Below are positions 23,709 to 25,290 of a DNA stretch of 25,290 bases, piece after piece. Each line of letters begins with the position of its first letter. The stretch's first letter is position 1. A program made the translations under genes and the position numbers. The stretch is from a virus. Lineage: Duplodnaviria > Caudoviricetes. The stretch is from the IMG/VR virus record IMGVR_UViG_3300045902_000573, positions 1 to 25,290 of that record, one strand, 5' to 3'. The notes below the pieces were generated by a model. That model had not been told where the DNA came from and did no database searches. It saw only the letters and a program-made list of their open reading frames with translations.

Positions 23709-24856
23709 TCATCGTCATCACAGCATTTTAAATTCAAGTTATTTTCATTTGCAGTTGTTTGAGGCGTGGTTTCTTTCAAATTTCTGCGTTCGTGAAAAAA
23801 CTCAAATTCAAACTTAAATTCATCAATGCCTTTATACGCACGCCCTTGCTTTGCCAAGAATTTAAGGACCTTGCTATTTATTTCATATTCAATATACTTC
23901 ATATCGGACTCCACCCACCAATCTAATTTTCGTTCTTGCACTTCTGCCGAACCTACGTAAGATTTTTGCTCCATTGTCGCCGTTTGTCCTACAAGCGACT
24001 TTGCTATTTGCGTATCGTTAAAATCAATGAACATTTTAAACGTATCAACATTTGTGCTTGCTGTTGCGTTTAATGCTCCAATTTCGTCGCTATCATCGAA
24101 AACGCTAAATCCGTTCCTGCCAAAGTTGTCTAATAATTCATAATACGCTTGCTTGTCTTTTGCACTTGTTTTTACGTACCGATGTGGCATACCGAACTTT
24201 TCATTGTACTTTGCCCAATCAGAAACCGTAAAATTCTTATACATTACCCGTTTGGCAGGTCTTACAAGTAAGCCCAAACTCTGATAATTGCCGTCTATTT
24301 TGCCGAACTCGAGCACTAAGCTGAATTTATCTAAACTTTCGCCTTCTAAATCTCCGTAGGGGTCTCTTAAATAGACCCTACGGCGTGGATTGATGTTTTG
24401 TCTCGGAATTTTTGTAAATGTTGTAAATTCATTATTTGCAAAAAAATCTGCATAATCAAACTGTATCGTTGTATAACCCCAAGCCTTCGTCTCTACAATA
24501 GCGTAAAGCAACTCTAAAAACCAACTTTTTTGGATAATTTGCGTTGCTTCTTCGTTCTTATTGCCGTTTTTATCATATAAAGCAAAATTCTCAGCAACCG
24601 AACCGCTAAACCGTGTTTCAAGTGAACTGAAAACAACGTCATCTAAAATGGCGTTGTCGTATAAGTCGTAAAGAGGCACAAAGTTGTAATAAGGAGCTGT
24701 AAAACAGCTTTCAATCGCATTTTTCCAATCCGATAGTCCTACGTCTGTACGGTAGATTTTCTGCATCGTCCAGACGTTATTCTCAAACATTTTCATTTGT
24801 TGTTCTGTTTGTTTGAGCTCTTTTCTACTGCCAAAAAGTTTTTGAAAAATATTCAT
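23684..24856 (-). CDS. Portal protein (DUF935 / Mu gp29 family)
   Basis: LYDLYDNAILDD, AWGYTTIQ, LGLL, DWAKYNEKFGMP, QIAKSLVGQTAT and SYVGSAEVQE motifs. Confidence 0.9.
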   Translation of the reverse strand: MNIFQKLFGSRKELKQTEQQMKMFENNVWTMQKIYRTDVGLSDWKNAIESCFTAPYYNFVPLYDLYDNAILDDVVFSSLETRFSGSVAENFALYDKNGNKNEEATQIIQKSWFLELLYAIVETKAWGYTTIQFDYADFFANNEFTTFTKIPRQNINPRRRVYLRDPYGDLEGESLDKFSLVLEFGKIDGNYQSLGLLVRPAKRVMYKNFTVSDWAKYNEKFGMPHRYVKTSAKDKQAYYELLDNFGRNGFSVFDDSDEIGALNATASTNVDTFKMFIDFNDTQIAKSLVGQTATMEQKSYVGSAEVQERKLDWWVESDMKYIEYEINSKVLKFLAKQGRAYKGIDEFKFEFEFFHERRNLKETTPQTTANENNLNLKCCDDDDGYPFARA

Positions 24857-25257
24857 ACGTTTCTTTGTTCTACTTTGTTGAATAAAATTGCTTTTGCTTC
24901 GCTATTGTCTGCTAATACACGTTTTTTGCTTTCAATCGGCTGTTTGCCGTCAGAAATACGCTCCAACAACGCAATAGTTTCCGTGTAATCCATTAAATCA
25001 TCAGGCTTCTTGCGATTTGGCAGGCGTTTCCAGACGTTTCTTAAAGCAATAGAGATACAGCAATGCACGACTACTAAATCTCTATCATCGCCTCGTTTTG
25101 AAAAAATGTCATCTACATCATATAAAGTGCCCAAATAGCTTCGAATAAGAGCTATTGCAGAAGTTATTGCAGTTTGCAAGTCTATTGCACTGATGATGTC
25201 GTCTAAGTGCTCATCTTTTACGAATACTAACAAATCGTCTCTTGTAATGAATGACAT
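24853..25257 (-). CDS. Head-tail adaptor (Mu gp36 / DUF1320 family)
   Basis: MSFITRDDL, SAIALIRSYL...YDVDDIF, SIAL, DY..TIALLERISDGK; 4-bp overlap with the portal start. Confidence 0.85.
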   Translation of the reverse strand: MSFITRDDLLVFVKDEHLDDIISAIDLQTAITSAIALIRSYLGTLYDVDDIFSKRGDDRDLVVVHCCISIALRNVWKRLPNRKKPDDLMDYTETIALLERISDGKQPIESKKRVLADNSEAKAILFNKVEQRNV

Positions 25258-25290
25258 TATCTTGATTTTTTAAATTGAAAATAATTACTT
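25257..25290 (-). CDS. 3' end of an upstream gene (possibly terminase large subunit, by position only)
   Basis: ...SNYFQFKKSR* with a TAATG stop/start overlap on the gp36-like gene. Confidence 0.3.
   Translation of the reverse strand, partial: SNYFQFKKSR

Noticed and set aside
1-25290. Stop-codon reassignment, introns/inteins, tRNA genes
   Set aside because: Recognisable genes are full length under code 11 and tightly packed; DnaB shows no intein-sized insertion; I found no tRNA cloverleaf by eye.

Overview
AT-rich segment of a tailed (siphovirus-like) phage or prophage, probably of a Bacteroidota host: it has TTTG-N20/21-TAnnTTTG promoters, mostly SD-less A-rich translation starts and Bacteroidetes-type replication genes. 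The left part (1-9.7 kb) holds a DruA/DUF4338-like gene missing from the ORF track, a Sak(Rad52-like)/YqaJ recombination pair, small DNA-binding proteins, a divergent C5-methyltransferase-like gene, a 1.1-kb regulatory/origin region, and an initiator, Toprim-like and DnaB replication module. The right part (9.7-25.3 kb) is a mostly minus-strand morphogenesis and lysis region: Mu gp36-like, DUF935 portal, gpF, an opposite-strand island carrying gpG, protease-scaffold, capsid, tail tube, terminator, chaperone, tape measure, tail tip, GH108 endolysin and holin-like genes. The best candidate for an undescribed system is a programmed -1 ribosomal frameshift (C CCT TTC followed by a 12-bp stem and a possible pseudoknot) that would fuse the portal to the minor head protein gpF. 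Also notable are a second -1 shift in the tail chaperone with a long dual-coding overlap, an iteron origin that looks like an inverted piece of an initiator gene, and a kissing-loop attenuator before the replication operon. All family calls come from motif recognition by eye; no database search was run.
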